From NCBI GenBank assembly GCA_000165425.1, contig CT868006.1, positions 248,001 to 285,946 on the forward strand: DNA of 37,946 bases, written 5' to 3'. A program made the translations under genes and the position numbers. The notes beneath the pieces were generated by a model. That model worked only from the letters and a program-made list of their open reading frames with translations, was not told the origin of the DNA and ran no database searches. This document shows positions 1 through 10,448 of this stretch, one piece after another. This DNA comes from Paramecium tetraurelia (Eukaryota). Within the stretch, counting starts at the first letter, position 1; each line of letters opens with the position of its first letter.

Positions 1-1
1 T

Positions 2-631
2 AAGAAAAGCAGGTAGTCAAAAATATTCAAAATGAACATTCCTCAATCCAATTAGTAAGAAACATAACAGATTCTTTAATAACCAAACTTAAATTTGGAC
101 AGAGTTGAAGTGGCAAGATTGTAATAACTGAGTACATAAGACTGGGCTTGGAAAATGAGTTCATCCACTGTGTTTTGTTGTATATTCTCAGCCTTACGAG
201 ATTTGAAAATAATAGGATTTTTACAGCCCTGCTTATTCAAAAGTAATACCAATAATTACCAAAAAAAATCAGCAGTCATCAATTTTGGCATTTATAATAA
301 AAAGAATTTGACCAAATAACCCATACACATGGAGAAATACACATTGAGACATAGTAAGATGAAGATAGTCAATGATTGTTATGAGTTGATGTTAAGTAAA
401 CCTATCAGCATTAAGGAATTTACAGAATATTCTATTGCAATATGGCCAAGCAAAGTCTTGTATTGTCACTATTTTAGTATTGCTGCTCCTATAAATCCAT
501 TCATAGCATTTCAAACTTAAGATTTCAATGACAATCCTAAAATAAAGAGATCTGAAGATTTTCCATAGGTGATATCAACATTTCGTGCAGGTTTAGTCCC
601 TTATTTGATAATTGATCCAAGAGAGTAATGA
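2..631 (+). CDS. 3' end of a hypothetical protein (5' truncated by window edge)
   Basis: Frame 2 is open under code 6 from the window start through the supplied 329-520 ORF to TGA at 629-631 (...AGLVPYLIIDPREQ*). No family recognised. Confidence 0.75.
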
Positions 632-696
632 ATGACATTAATTTACGAAATTAAGAGTCTGTTTAATATATGAAATATGGCGATATATTATTAAAT

Positions 697-1573
697 TCAA
701 TCATTAACACCTTTACCTATAATTTTTAAAGTGTCTTAGATGGTCTTAATGACACTACTTAGATTGTCTATTATTTAGTTTTGTTGATTAAATCTTTAGT
801 TCATTTCTTCCTTCAAATTGTAAGCCACATGATTGAATTCATCAATTGTTTTGACATGGAAATCTTGATTATTCTTTCTTTGTCTTTGAATCTCTTAATC
901 AGTGTGATCCCTTAACTCTTTGCTTTAAAGAATTCTCTCTGACTTTTCATTGCTCAGTTTCTCATTTAATTGATAGGCTTCGTCGTCCAATTTTCTCAAG
1001 ATCTCCTTTTCCCTTTCAACTCTAGTGTTTTTTTCTGTTTCATAATGCTCAAATAAAGCTACGATTGGTAATTAAATGTACTGGTTAATTGTTTCCTGAT
1101 TTCTCTAAGGTTTTCATCAGATTATCTCATTCTTTCCTATTTTTCTTCTTCCAATTTTTAAGTGAGATCCTTAAGATAAACATTAGCGTCAACAATCCTT
1201 TAGTCTGTTTAATGTGCAAATGTTTCATGTTGGGTTTATAATTTCTGATTTGTTTAATTCAACACTTGAGTAAATTTTGAATCATAGGCAATTAAAGTAT
1301 TATTAATTCTTTCACCCTCCTGAGTGATGAATTCCCTAGTATTTTGAATTTTCCTAAGAATAGAGATGAGAATAACCTATGTACATCAAGAAATTTAGCT
1401 TCCAGTTATTTTTTTGCCTCTTCTCTATTTCTTTTCATATCTTCGAAATCATTTGCCAAGTCTCCCATCTGATTCTCGAGTAGTGTGAGTTTTTCATTGT
1501 CTTTAGGCAATTGCTTGTAAGGTTTTTAAGTCAAAGGACCTGTTGCTTATAAATTTGCTTATGTTTATTACAT
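697..1573 (-). CDS. SF-assemblin / beta-giardin family striated rootlet (kinetodesmal fibre) coiled-coil protein
   Basis: ATG at 1573 (MQQTQANLQATGPLTQKPYK...), a long coiled coil, and an SFA-like C-terminus EEMNQRFNQQNQIIDNLSSVIKTIQDTLKIIGKGVND*. Short introns at about 1354-1376 and about 1059-1081. Confidence 0.8.
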
Positions 1574-1620
1574 AAATTAATTTAATAATATTTTGACAAG
1601 AATAACAAGTAACATATTTA

Positions 1621-2926
1621 TCAATGCTAAAAATTTTATCTTCTTTTGATTACTACAGCTTTCGGATTGACAATACCCCTAGCAGTGCTGGGTTCATCCA
1701 ACTAAGTTTTCACTCTTTATGCTAAGCAATCAATTCTATTCTCATGAACTCTATCATATTTTCTTTCTGATTTTGGATCTTGATGATTCAATTTGATCTT
1801 TAATTTAGGTACTTCCATCAATCTCAGAGGTTACATTTTAAAGATAGTTTGGGGTTTCAAGATATTGCCATTGGAACTATTGACAATACTTGTTTTGGTG
1901 ACAAAATTATGATTCACAGTACTCTGAGTATTCTAAACCTACGTGGTAGGATTGAGATTATGATTGAAAAAATGGAAATTGGGAGCAACAGTCCTATGAG
2001 TAGGATTGGTAGATGCTCCCGCATTAGCTTAGTTAATTTATGCTCGAATGGTGACATTCGAATGAGTATGAGTACTGGATCCTGTACTAAAAATATTAAT
2101 GATGGCATTGCTAGCTTTTCTGGGAGTCCCTATTGGTAGATTGAGTTGTTTTTTCACATTTCCAAATTAGACTGTCCTTGAACTGGCGGTAATTTCTCTA
2201 TTCGTAGATTCCTTTTATTTTTGCTATTCCATTTGTTATATAAAAGTAGAAAATTGCATGGCTTTGGTTAAATCTTATTCGACTAGAGATTGAGTGAATT
2301 ACTTCTGCAGATCTTTCTCAAGTGCTCTGTCTGCCTCTACGTTCTTGAGTAATTATAAAATTGTAGTAGATCTTTGGGTATCACTCAAATCTTTCAAAAA
2401 GCATGTCAACTCCTATTTAGCCATGGGAGTGCTTTTCTTCTTAGTTTTCTTCGGACTCCCCCCACCATCCTTATGGGCCTCCATTTCTATCTAGTTCATG
2501 GCCCATTGGTATTCAACCTAAGATCTACTACTAATGTATTTTAGAATAATGGCTTTTAGTTCCAGAAAGTACAACATGGGATGATCAATGCTAAACTTAT
2601 AAGTAATAGGAGATGGTTACTTTGTAATATTGTATTAGTTATTTGAGTTGAAGCTGGCATTTAGACAGATTATAGAATTATCTAAGATATTCCTCTTGAG
2701 TATCCAAAATTTTGTAATCCTCCACTCTAATGTAGATGGTGCGCTTTTCCTTCCTTATAATTTGGTTGATAGGGCGAGAATAAAAATAATTTTGGCTCTG
2801 TCCATGCTTATAGTAGAGACTCAGATTCATCGTTTAAACAAGATCTCCCTTTTTGGAAATTTCATCAATCGAGGCATACAAGCATTGATTTTTATGCATA
2901 CAGAATCTGCAATTGTGATTATACAT
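1621..2926 (-). CDS. Hypothetical protein (YYKH..SQNYFY..PIN..EEYLRQFY...YYKFSIDHP N-terminal motif, low-complexity tail)
   Basis: Continuous code-6 ORF from ATG 2926 to TGA 1623-1621 after removing one 25-nt intron (gtaaccatctcctattacttataag, 2596-2620). Confidence 0.8.
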
Positions 2927-2994
2927 TAATTATAATTCATTATTATTTCACTTAATTGATCAAATTATACATATATATATAAATAAAATAAATA

Positions 2995-4952
2995 ATGCAA
3001 TTATCTCCTATTGATTTGGACTATTTACACTAAGAGAGCATTGGGGGAGTCATTGCAGATGGTTTGACAGTACTTTACAATACACAACCTGAAAAACCAA
3101 TTGAATTTTTAGCCAAATGGTTATTATAATATTGTAAAACTTCCACTCAAAAAACTCACTTCCATGATGATGTATGATAATCTTCACTTAATAGTTAACA
3201 GCTCTAGAAGAAAGAATAAAACATTCAGAATTTTATCCAATAACAAAAGTAAGAGAAGGAAAGATTGGAAGAATTGCTATCATTCAAATAATAAACTATG
3301 TAATAAGAACAAAATTACGTTGATTATCTGAGAAACCACCCTTATCATTAGGAATTGATTATTCAAGAGTTTCCAGATTTTTTGATGAAGAAATTTGTAA
3401 GAATCTCTTATATTATTTCAATTTAGAATTTATCCGGAGTTTACATCTGTTATTTCACCCATCAGAAATAAGACGTTGATGTTGACTTAGTTGATGATGA
3501 AAATGCGTTTATCAATCAAAAGGCACCTAAACTATTGAAATATGTAGGAACCTCTTTAAATCAAAAATTCCTTCTCAATTTAAACCTAACTGAATAAGCC
3601 ATTCTAACATATGAAGTACTCAAACCACCTCCTGTTGAAGAAGGCAAAGTTCCTGAAGTATACAAGGGCTGCTACGTCCCTGATGTTGTCAAAGAACCAA
3701 AGGTTTATTTTCATAGGTTCCCAAAATTGGGATGTTATTTTGCCATGCCTATGAATTTTGAAACTTCCCTCTTTGAAGTACTGCATTTTCAATTATATTA
3801 GGATGCCTTTGATGCAGGTTTGATTAATAGGATAAAGTATAATTCTGAAGTAGAAACTCAAAAGCAAGAAATAAAAGCTAAAGAAGAAGAACATGCAGAA
3901 TAATTATAAAATGCAGAAAACGAAGAGCAAAAACAATAATTGGAAGATGAACACCAGAATTATCTGTCTTCATTGCCACAAATCGTAGAACCACCCTTTT
4001 TAGGCATCTAACAATAATACATTGTGTGTGGCGATACATTAGGATAAGACAGAAGATTGTCAGAAGAAGAACGCAATGAATTATATGAGGCGATTCAATA
4101 ATTTGGACAAAGTTACCAAGAGAAAGAGATAGCCCTTTTATCAGAAGATATCAATTAATAAATTGAATATCAAAGTACTATTCCTGAAAAATTGGAAGAG
4201 AATTATCTGGATTAAGAAAATCAATTTGTGGAGTAATAAGCTGCCAGCTTAGAGGAGTTAAAGTAAACAAATGAAAGGGATTACAATTATGAAATAGAGT
4301 GCATCAAATTCGATTTTCTAAAGTAACAATTTACAGCCAAAGACTTTGCCTCTACTTTTCTAAACCTCACCAAGAGAAGAGTCATCAAATTCCCAAATAT
4401 TATTAAGGCATTATTTTATTTGCTAGGCTACAAAAAAGAAGAAATCACACAAGAAAACAAATTGAATTGGAAGATTGTAGCCTCCTATATCGATTATAGA
4501 TTTTTAGCAAAATTAGCACTCCTCAATCATAGAGGACCCAAAGAAGCCCCACTTTAACATGCTACCATAAATCGATTGGAAAAGTTAGTTGATATTTATG
4601 ATGAAGAAAAAGTTATGAATTACAACTGGGCTTTAGGATATTTACAAAGATTTCTAACCTTGTACTGTAAGTTGAGAAAAGAGGATGTGGCAATCAGGAA
4701 GGAAATCTTACAGGAAAAGAGAACGTAATTGTCAAATGCCAAAGAATAATTGGCACAGTTATTAGTATGAAATTAATCAAATAACTCTAGGAATAAAAGG
4801 AAACCGATCTATAAGCAGCTAAAACAAACTTTTAAGGAGAGGAAGGCGAAGAGTTTGATGAATAGAAATGGATCGAATAATGGGAATCTGAACATAATCT
4901 ACCTGAAATTGGGCCTGAACCATAAGATGAAATTGATGATGACTTAGAATGA
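2995..4952 (+). CDS. Dpy-30/RIIa-motif protein, probably ciliary
   Basis: N-terminal DYLHQESIGGVIADGLTVLYNTQPEKPIEFLAKWLLQY matches the Dpy-30 dimerisation motif. A central YVPDVVKEPKVYFHRFPKLGCY region, coiled coils and an acidic C-terminus ending EIDDDLE* follow. About 4 short introns (e.g. 3172-3201, 4765-4790). Confidence 0.8.
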
Positions 4953-5130
4953 TATTCATAAATTAGAAATAAACATTATATATCTAAATTTTGCATTTAC
5001 TCATTATTTTGTAATCAATTATTTGGAAGATTACTTTTTCATTATGATAATATTTTGAAGTAAAGTTTAACTTATTTAAATTAATACAATTATTATTTAT
5101 GATAAAAAAATTCTCATATTTCACTTATGA

Positions 5131-5592
5131 ATCTCTCCCTGTTTACACAATGGTGACTTCGTTAGTGCTGGATAGCAACGTTATGTAATTTTTTTTGGTC
5201 AATGTAATTATAAAATTGAATTAAAGCCTACATTTGCAATATCAGATGAAAATAGTATGATGTCTTTTAGCAAGTATTCAAAAACTAAATTTGCCTTATA
5301 ATTGAGATTATCTGCAGAAATAGAGTAAATTAATGATACTTTACAAATTAAAAGATGGACAACATTCGGCATGAATTATGAAGAATTATCAAAATTGCTG
5401 TATCCAGATTTGCTACCAGAACAAGAATTTGTTTTATGTAGATTGATTGATTATGCATTTATATAGAAAATCAATAAAAATAATTATTTGGAAAGTTGTA
5501 TGACAGACAATTCAAATTAGTTTTTAAAGAAAATATTGATCAAGAAAATCAATAAACTTATATCATAAATATGGATTAGCATGGACAATTGA
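5131..5592 (+). pseudogene. Short ORF or gene remnant of unknown function
   Basis: Code-6 frame open 5131-5592 (first ATG 5257: MMSFSKYSKTKFALQLRL...YEELSKLLYPDLLPEQEF...). The 5' end is unclear and there is no recognisable domain. Confidence 0.35.
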
Positions 5593-5771
5593 GAAAGCAA
5601 ATAGAAGTAAGAGAATATTTTCATTTTAGAAATCATTAACATGGGTAGCTGGTTGGCATCATCCAAAGTAATTTATGAAAAAATAAGAAGTATAATGGAA
5701 AACAATTTGATTTTAATTTACAATATGTAAAACTAGAATTTGATATTTGATTTTGCTTAAATATCATGATT

Positions 5772-8178
5772 TCATTAGACCAATTGATGCTTTGGAGTGA
5801 AAGCAACTCCACTTGGATCTAGACTGTAGAGTACGATTTTGTCTTCTCCTGGAGCCAACTCTATCAAATAGTTGTCTCCAATTTCAGGCTTCAAGAACTT
5901 AACACCTTACTTATTCGATAAAGTGTTCTTTAATTTGAAAGTCTTCTGTGAGGAGTTCTTATAATAAAAATAGCCCAATCTAAACAATTAATACAAACAA
6001 TATGATACCCTTTAGAAACGACTGTTTCCATAGCACAAAATAGTCCAGTGGTTAATTGTTACAAGTTCTTGTTTTCTCTGGCTACTTATAACATAACTGC
6101 TTTTCTTAAGTCAGCATCTCTAGGCACTTATTTTGGTCTTAAGAATTCAGATCCATAGACACTGAATTAATATTCATGTTCATTCCAAGTAGGAACAGCC
6201 CATTTAATTTTAATTTAAACTGAATACTTACCCTTTGTCAATTAGCCTCCTAGATGTACTTCAATGTCCTTTTATTATTTTTAGTCAATGAATTAATATT
6301 CTCCTTTACCTGTATTTTTAGCCAATAAGATTCTAACATAAGAATATTCATATTTAATATCTTTGTTCAATTTGTATCTTCTTATTGCCTCTTGATGAAC
6401 TGTGAAATAGTATTCGCCATCATTTGGAATATCAATATCGTATTAAATAGTCTTAGTCTTTTTGGCCATTTATTTAATAGAGTTGTATAAATATTCCTTT
6501 CTAAAATAGCCAACAAAAATTGCTTAGAAGTATCTTTAGAAATCTTTGATTTCCATAAAGAAGATGCCATCATCCTCCTTCTTACCAAATTTGACTTATT
6601 CTTTTAAATCCTCTGTCCATAAGGAACTTCCATCACTCCAATCTCCATTCCATTCCTTATTTCCCCAAGGATTCCTAATTTTTAATAGAGTGACTTCTCC
6701 TTTGGTGGGATGAGTCACATTATAAACCTTCAATAATGAATATGCATGTCCAGGCTCCAAACCATAATTAGTATAATTCGGATTTGATCCAAAAGTACCA
6801 CTAGTCATAACACACTTCATATCTGAACATTTTTGTAATTGTTATCTTGAAATCAGCAGCATTCGTAAATACAATCCAAGTGGGACCACCAGTGATACTC
6901 TTAATAACTTCTCTTGGATCACCACCCTCTATATCTGTGTAATCTATATTCATCTTAGCCCAAGCTTTTTCTAACAATGCAACCCACATTTCTGCACCTG
7001 CATTTTTAGAAAAAGCTGGATTTCCCTAACCATTAACTGGGATAAAGTCATCCAATACAACTACTTTCCATTCACCATCTAAACACAATCTTACTGCATA
7101 TAGTTTTTCCTTATTTGCTCTTTGACTTATGAACAGGTCCTTAATTACTTCAGGCCTATCAATAATAACTATATGAATACCATCTGCATGCTATTGTACT
7201 AATCGAAGATAAAAAGTAACAATCTCCTAGAATTCCTTATTTAATATCTCTGTGAGAGATCCACTTCCCTAATCCAACTCTACTGTCTTATGAATCATCT
7301 ACATTAAACATTTTTAGGTTATTCTAAAATATGTCACTCATTCTTTTCCATGACAATTAACAAAATTTCATCCCTAAACTTCTTACTGATGCTGGGAAGT
7401 CTTTGTCAACAAAAGTTTATTTAGTTTTTTTTAATCCCTCTCTAATCTATACTAACTCTTTGGCTCCAGTGATATGTAAGTCAATATTAATGAAATCAGC
7501 AAAATCTACTTGATCATCTTTTACTTCTTATTGTTCAACATCTTCAACTGGTACAGGAACAGGTACAACTTCATCTTCTTTTTTTTTCTCTTCCAATTAA
7601 GATCTTATAGTATATTTAACTTATTCTTATTGTGGATTTTTATTTTGATTATCCACTATTTATTCCCATTATTGAAATAATTATCTTAAATGATCACAGG
7701 AAAATTTCAAATTTCCAATCTTATTTCTAAGTGATTGATATCCCTAGGGAGTAATTGAATTGTGATAAAATTCAATGAGTTCTTTGATTTCTCTTTCTTC
7801 TAAGGACAAATCTCTGTTTTTATCGAAAAATTTGAATACTCTTACAATATCAAGTCTTTTAGCACGATAATTTTGGATTATCGCAGAGATTGTTTATAAA
7901 TCTTATTTGGATAATACAAGTTCGACCTTCTCTTAATTCTCTGTAATTTTTTCTAGGATCTCAACTGTCAATCCTACCAAACTTTTGTGATCAATCAGAG
8001 CCTTTTAATAAAATCGGTCACAATCTGTAATTGAAATTGACGGGTCTATTTATATAATTAACTTTCTAAAATGCACTTGTGCAAGAGTTGGGCGACCGAA
8101 ATCTTGAACCACCTATCTAAATGGCTTTTGAACGGCCAATTTATACAAGGCTTTCAAAACCTAATCTTCAGATCCCAT
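5772..8178 (-). CDS. Calpain-family cysteine protease (CysPc + domain III) with N-terminal EF-hand; one apparent frameshift near 6845
   Basis: Motifs FVDKDFP, QGILGDCYFLSSI (catalytic Cys), DGEWKVVVLDDFIP, WVALLEKAWAK, GHAYSLL (His) and IRNPWG (Asn). EF loop FDKNRDLSLEEREIKELI near 7780-7830. Introns at about 7156-7180 and about 5980-6008. TGA at 5774-5772. Confidence 0.92.
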
Positions 8179-8247
8179 GAAATATTAAAAATAAATATCT
8201 TCTCCAATAAATAACAACACTTGTTTTAATATTGTATAAAATTATAT

Positions 8248-8480
8248 TCATTAATATGTGTTTATCTTTTGACCTTATTTAGTCCTTCTAATTAAGCAAG
8301 ATACTTTGGATATTCTAGTTTTTTCATGGTAATTATGAGTCATTGCTTTTTCGAGAGAAGGACAGGAGGAACCGCCCAACTCGTTTGACTTAGGAGCACT
8401 TAATTGGGAAAAATTCTCATTTGAATTTTACTAAGCTTATTGATAATTAAGTTAATTAATACATAATTAATTTAGCGCAT
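8248..8480 (-). CDS. Putative 66-aa microprotein with one 32-nt intron
   Basis: ATG 8480, intron 8431-8462 (gtattaattaac...gcttag), then open to TGA: MRQINYQNSNENFSQLSAPKSNELGGSSCPSLEKAMTHNYHEKTRISKVSCLIRRTKQGQKINTYQ*. Locally GC-richer than intergenic DNA; gaps to neighbours are 69 and 52 nt. Confidence 0.5.
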
Positions 8481-8532
8481 TTTAAATAAGAAAAATAGTT
8501 AATGAGGTTTCTTATATTAAATTAATAATAAA

Positions 8533-10074
8533 ATGAAAAAATTTAATGGAGGAAAGAAATAGTCTTTTGTGCCTGCAGTTGTTACTATAGAATTTAGAAT
8601 TCAAAAAAGAAATCAAAGTAAGAATATCATTTATGTCTATTGTCTAGTTGCTGATCTAATTTAAGCCAATTCTCTGCTTAAAGAAATCAATGAATAGATC
8701 ATTTTGGCCAGAGTTAAGGAAATTGAAAATACAATTTATATAGAGCATGCAGCCAATGTTCATTTGTATAGCAGTAAAATTGAAAAGGTTGTTTCTCTAT
8801 TTAAAGGCATAAATTAAAATAATTATATAAATATTGCTTAAAAATTAAAAAAGCAGGAACTTGCTACTTAATCCATCCTCAAATTATTGGAAAAGAAGAA
8901 ATAACTAAAAGATTATGATTAAGATATTTTAAATAAAACTCTTTAGAAATCAGAATATGATCCTCTCAATACCAAATAAATCAGTTCAAAAAAAACAGTT
9001 TTGGTCGCCAACAAAATCACAATTGTGAAATCTAAAAATTCAACTTCGGATCAGAAGGGAAACTTTGCAGCATAACCAAATATGGTTTTTGCAGGATCAA
9101 TTCAGCCTATAGAACCAATTCAAGAAAAAAAGGTGAAGATCGAAAAAAGCGAAAAGGAAGATGATGATGAAATAGACATAAGAAAAGATGATGGAATGTA
9201 AGGAGCTTCATCAATAGGAGTCCATTGCTCAAAATAACTAATTTTATTCGATAGCAAAATTAAAATACCCGTTGTTCTGTTGGTTCAATTCCTTCCTCAA
9301 TACAGGGTACTATGTGAAAAGGTTGATTTTGCCAAACTTCATAACGCCAAAGAAACAATTCAATTTTTATCTTCCAATCTAGAAAGAAAGATCGTATTTG
9401 GGTAGGTCATACTGAAACCCAGTGAGTACACCAAAAACTTGAGGGAATTGAGTGAGAAATTGACTAAGCAGGATAAAATAGTAGCTTAAAAGTTTGACAA
9501 AGACAATGCATCTTTCTTAATATTGCATAAGAATCAATTAGAATAAATTCTGAAGGCTAGAAAATAAAGTCTAGCATTTGATGCATCTGACATGGTGATA
9601 CGAGAGTGGACAAAATAATAATCTTATTTGGAATGGTGGGCATTGAATAAACAAGATCATAATCTTCACTTTTTGATATCATATAAAAGTTTAACAAATT
9701 CTAATGATCAAATTTATGACAAAGTCATACTTTAAAAACCTTCTTGTTATCAAAAAATTTAATAAACAATTGATTCATTGAAGTAGAAGAAAGACATAGA
9801 TGATTTATTACAAGGATTCCTTAAATAAGATCTTTTTTAAAGTTCATAATTGGGAGATATGCTTTAAGAACCAAATTAAATATAATAAGTTGATTACTAG
9901 ATCTAAGAGGAGGCAGAGAAAGTGCAACAGGATTTAGAAAAAGAATAGGAAAGTAATAAGCAAGACGACAAATTTGAGACCAATAAAATTAGTGAATAGG
10001 AAAATAATTAAATCAATTTCAATATTAAAATATCAGATCTAACTCTGTAATTATCGAAAGAAGACTATTTCTGA
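8533..10074 (+). CDS. Protein with TFIIS central (TFIIS-M)-like and SPOC-like regions (BYE1/PHF3-type architecture, tentative)
   Basis: ORF MKKFNGGKKQSF... to TGA 10072-10074. N-terminal ARVKEIENTIYIEHAANVHLYSSKIEKVV resembles TFIIS-M helices. About 9210-9540 (KETIQFLSSNLERKIVFGQVILKPSEYTKNLRELSEKLTKQDKIVAQKFDKDNASFLIL) resembles SPOC. The CDS is solid; the domain calls are by eye. Confidence 0.6.
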
Positions 10075-10448
10075 TATTTTGATCAAATATAAGTGAGGAA
10101 TAATTAAAAATTATCTAATTATAAATAATTTAATAAATTTTATTGAATGACTAAATCCCACTTACTAATACTTAATGTATTTTAAGTCACAACTATTAGT
10201 CATAAAGTGAATACTATTATTAGCTAGGCAGTCTTGGTCTCAATCTTCTGTCTGCCTTTTTTTATAATAGTAACAAAAATATATATTAATAAATGCCAAC
10301 AAAGTCATTGACTATGTAGGATGACTTCTTTGTCTTATAATCTTTTCGTCTGGCGATAGGTTTATCAAATAGAATTGGAGTAGAAATATTTTGGGTCTAG
10401 ATTATTATTTTTACATCAATATATTTATATTAAAAATTGAATTTGATA

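Noticed and set aside
1849..2929. Track ORFs 1849-2139, 1914-2108, 2294-2494 and 2648-2929
   Set aside because: All are antisense or out of frame relative to the continuous minus-strand gene 1621-2926.
6830..6860. Euplotes-style programmed +1 frameshift in calpain
   Set aside because: That mechanism needs a TAA/TAG stop after a slippery codon such as AAA; here TAA/TAG are sense codons and no such in-frame motif lies at the site.
8256..8653. Plus-strand code-6 ORF starting MCLSFDLIQ
   Set aside because: It runs through AT-rich promoter-like DNA and overlaps the 8533 gene out of frame. With only one stop codon, such ORFs arise easily by chance.
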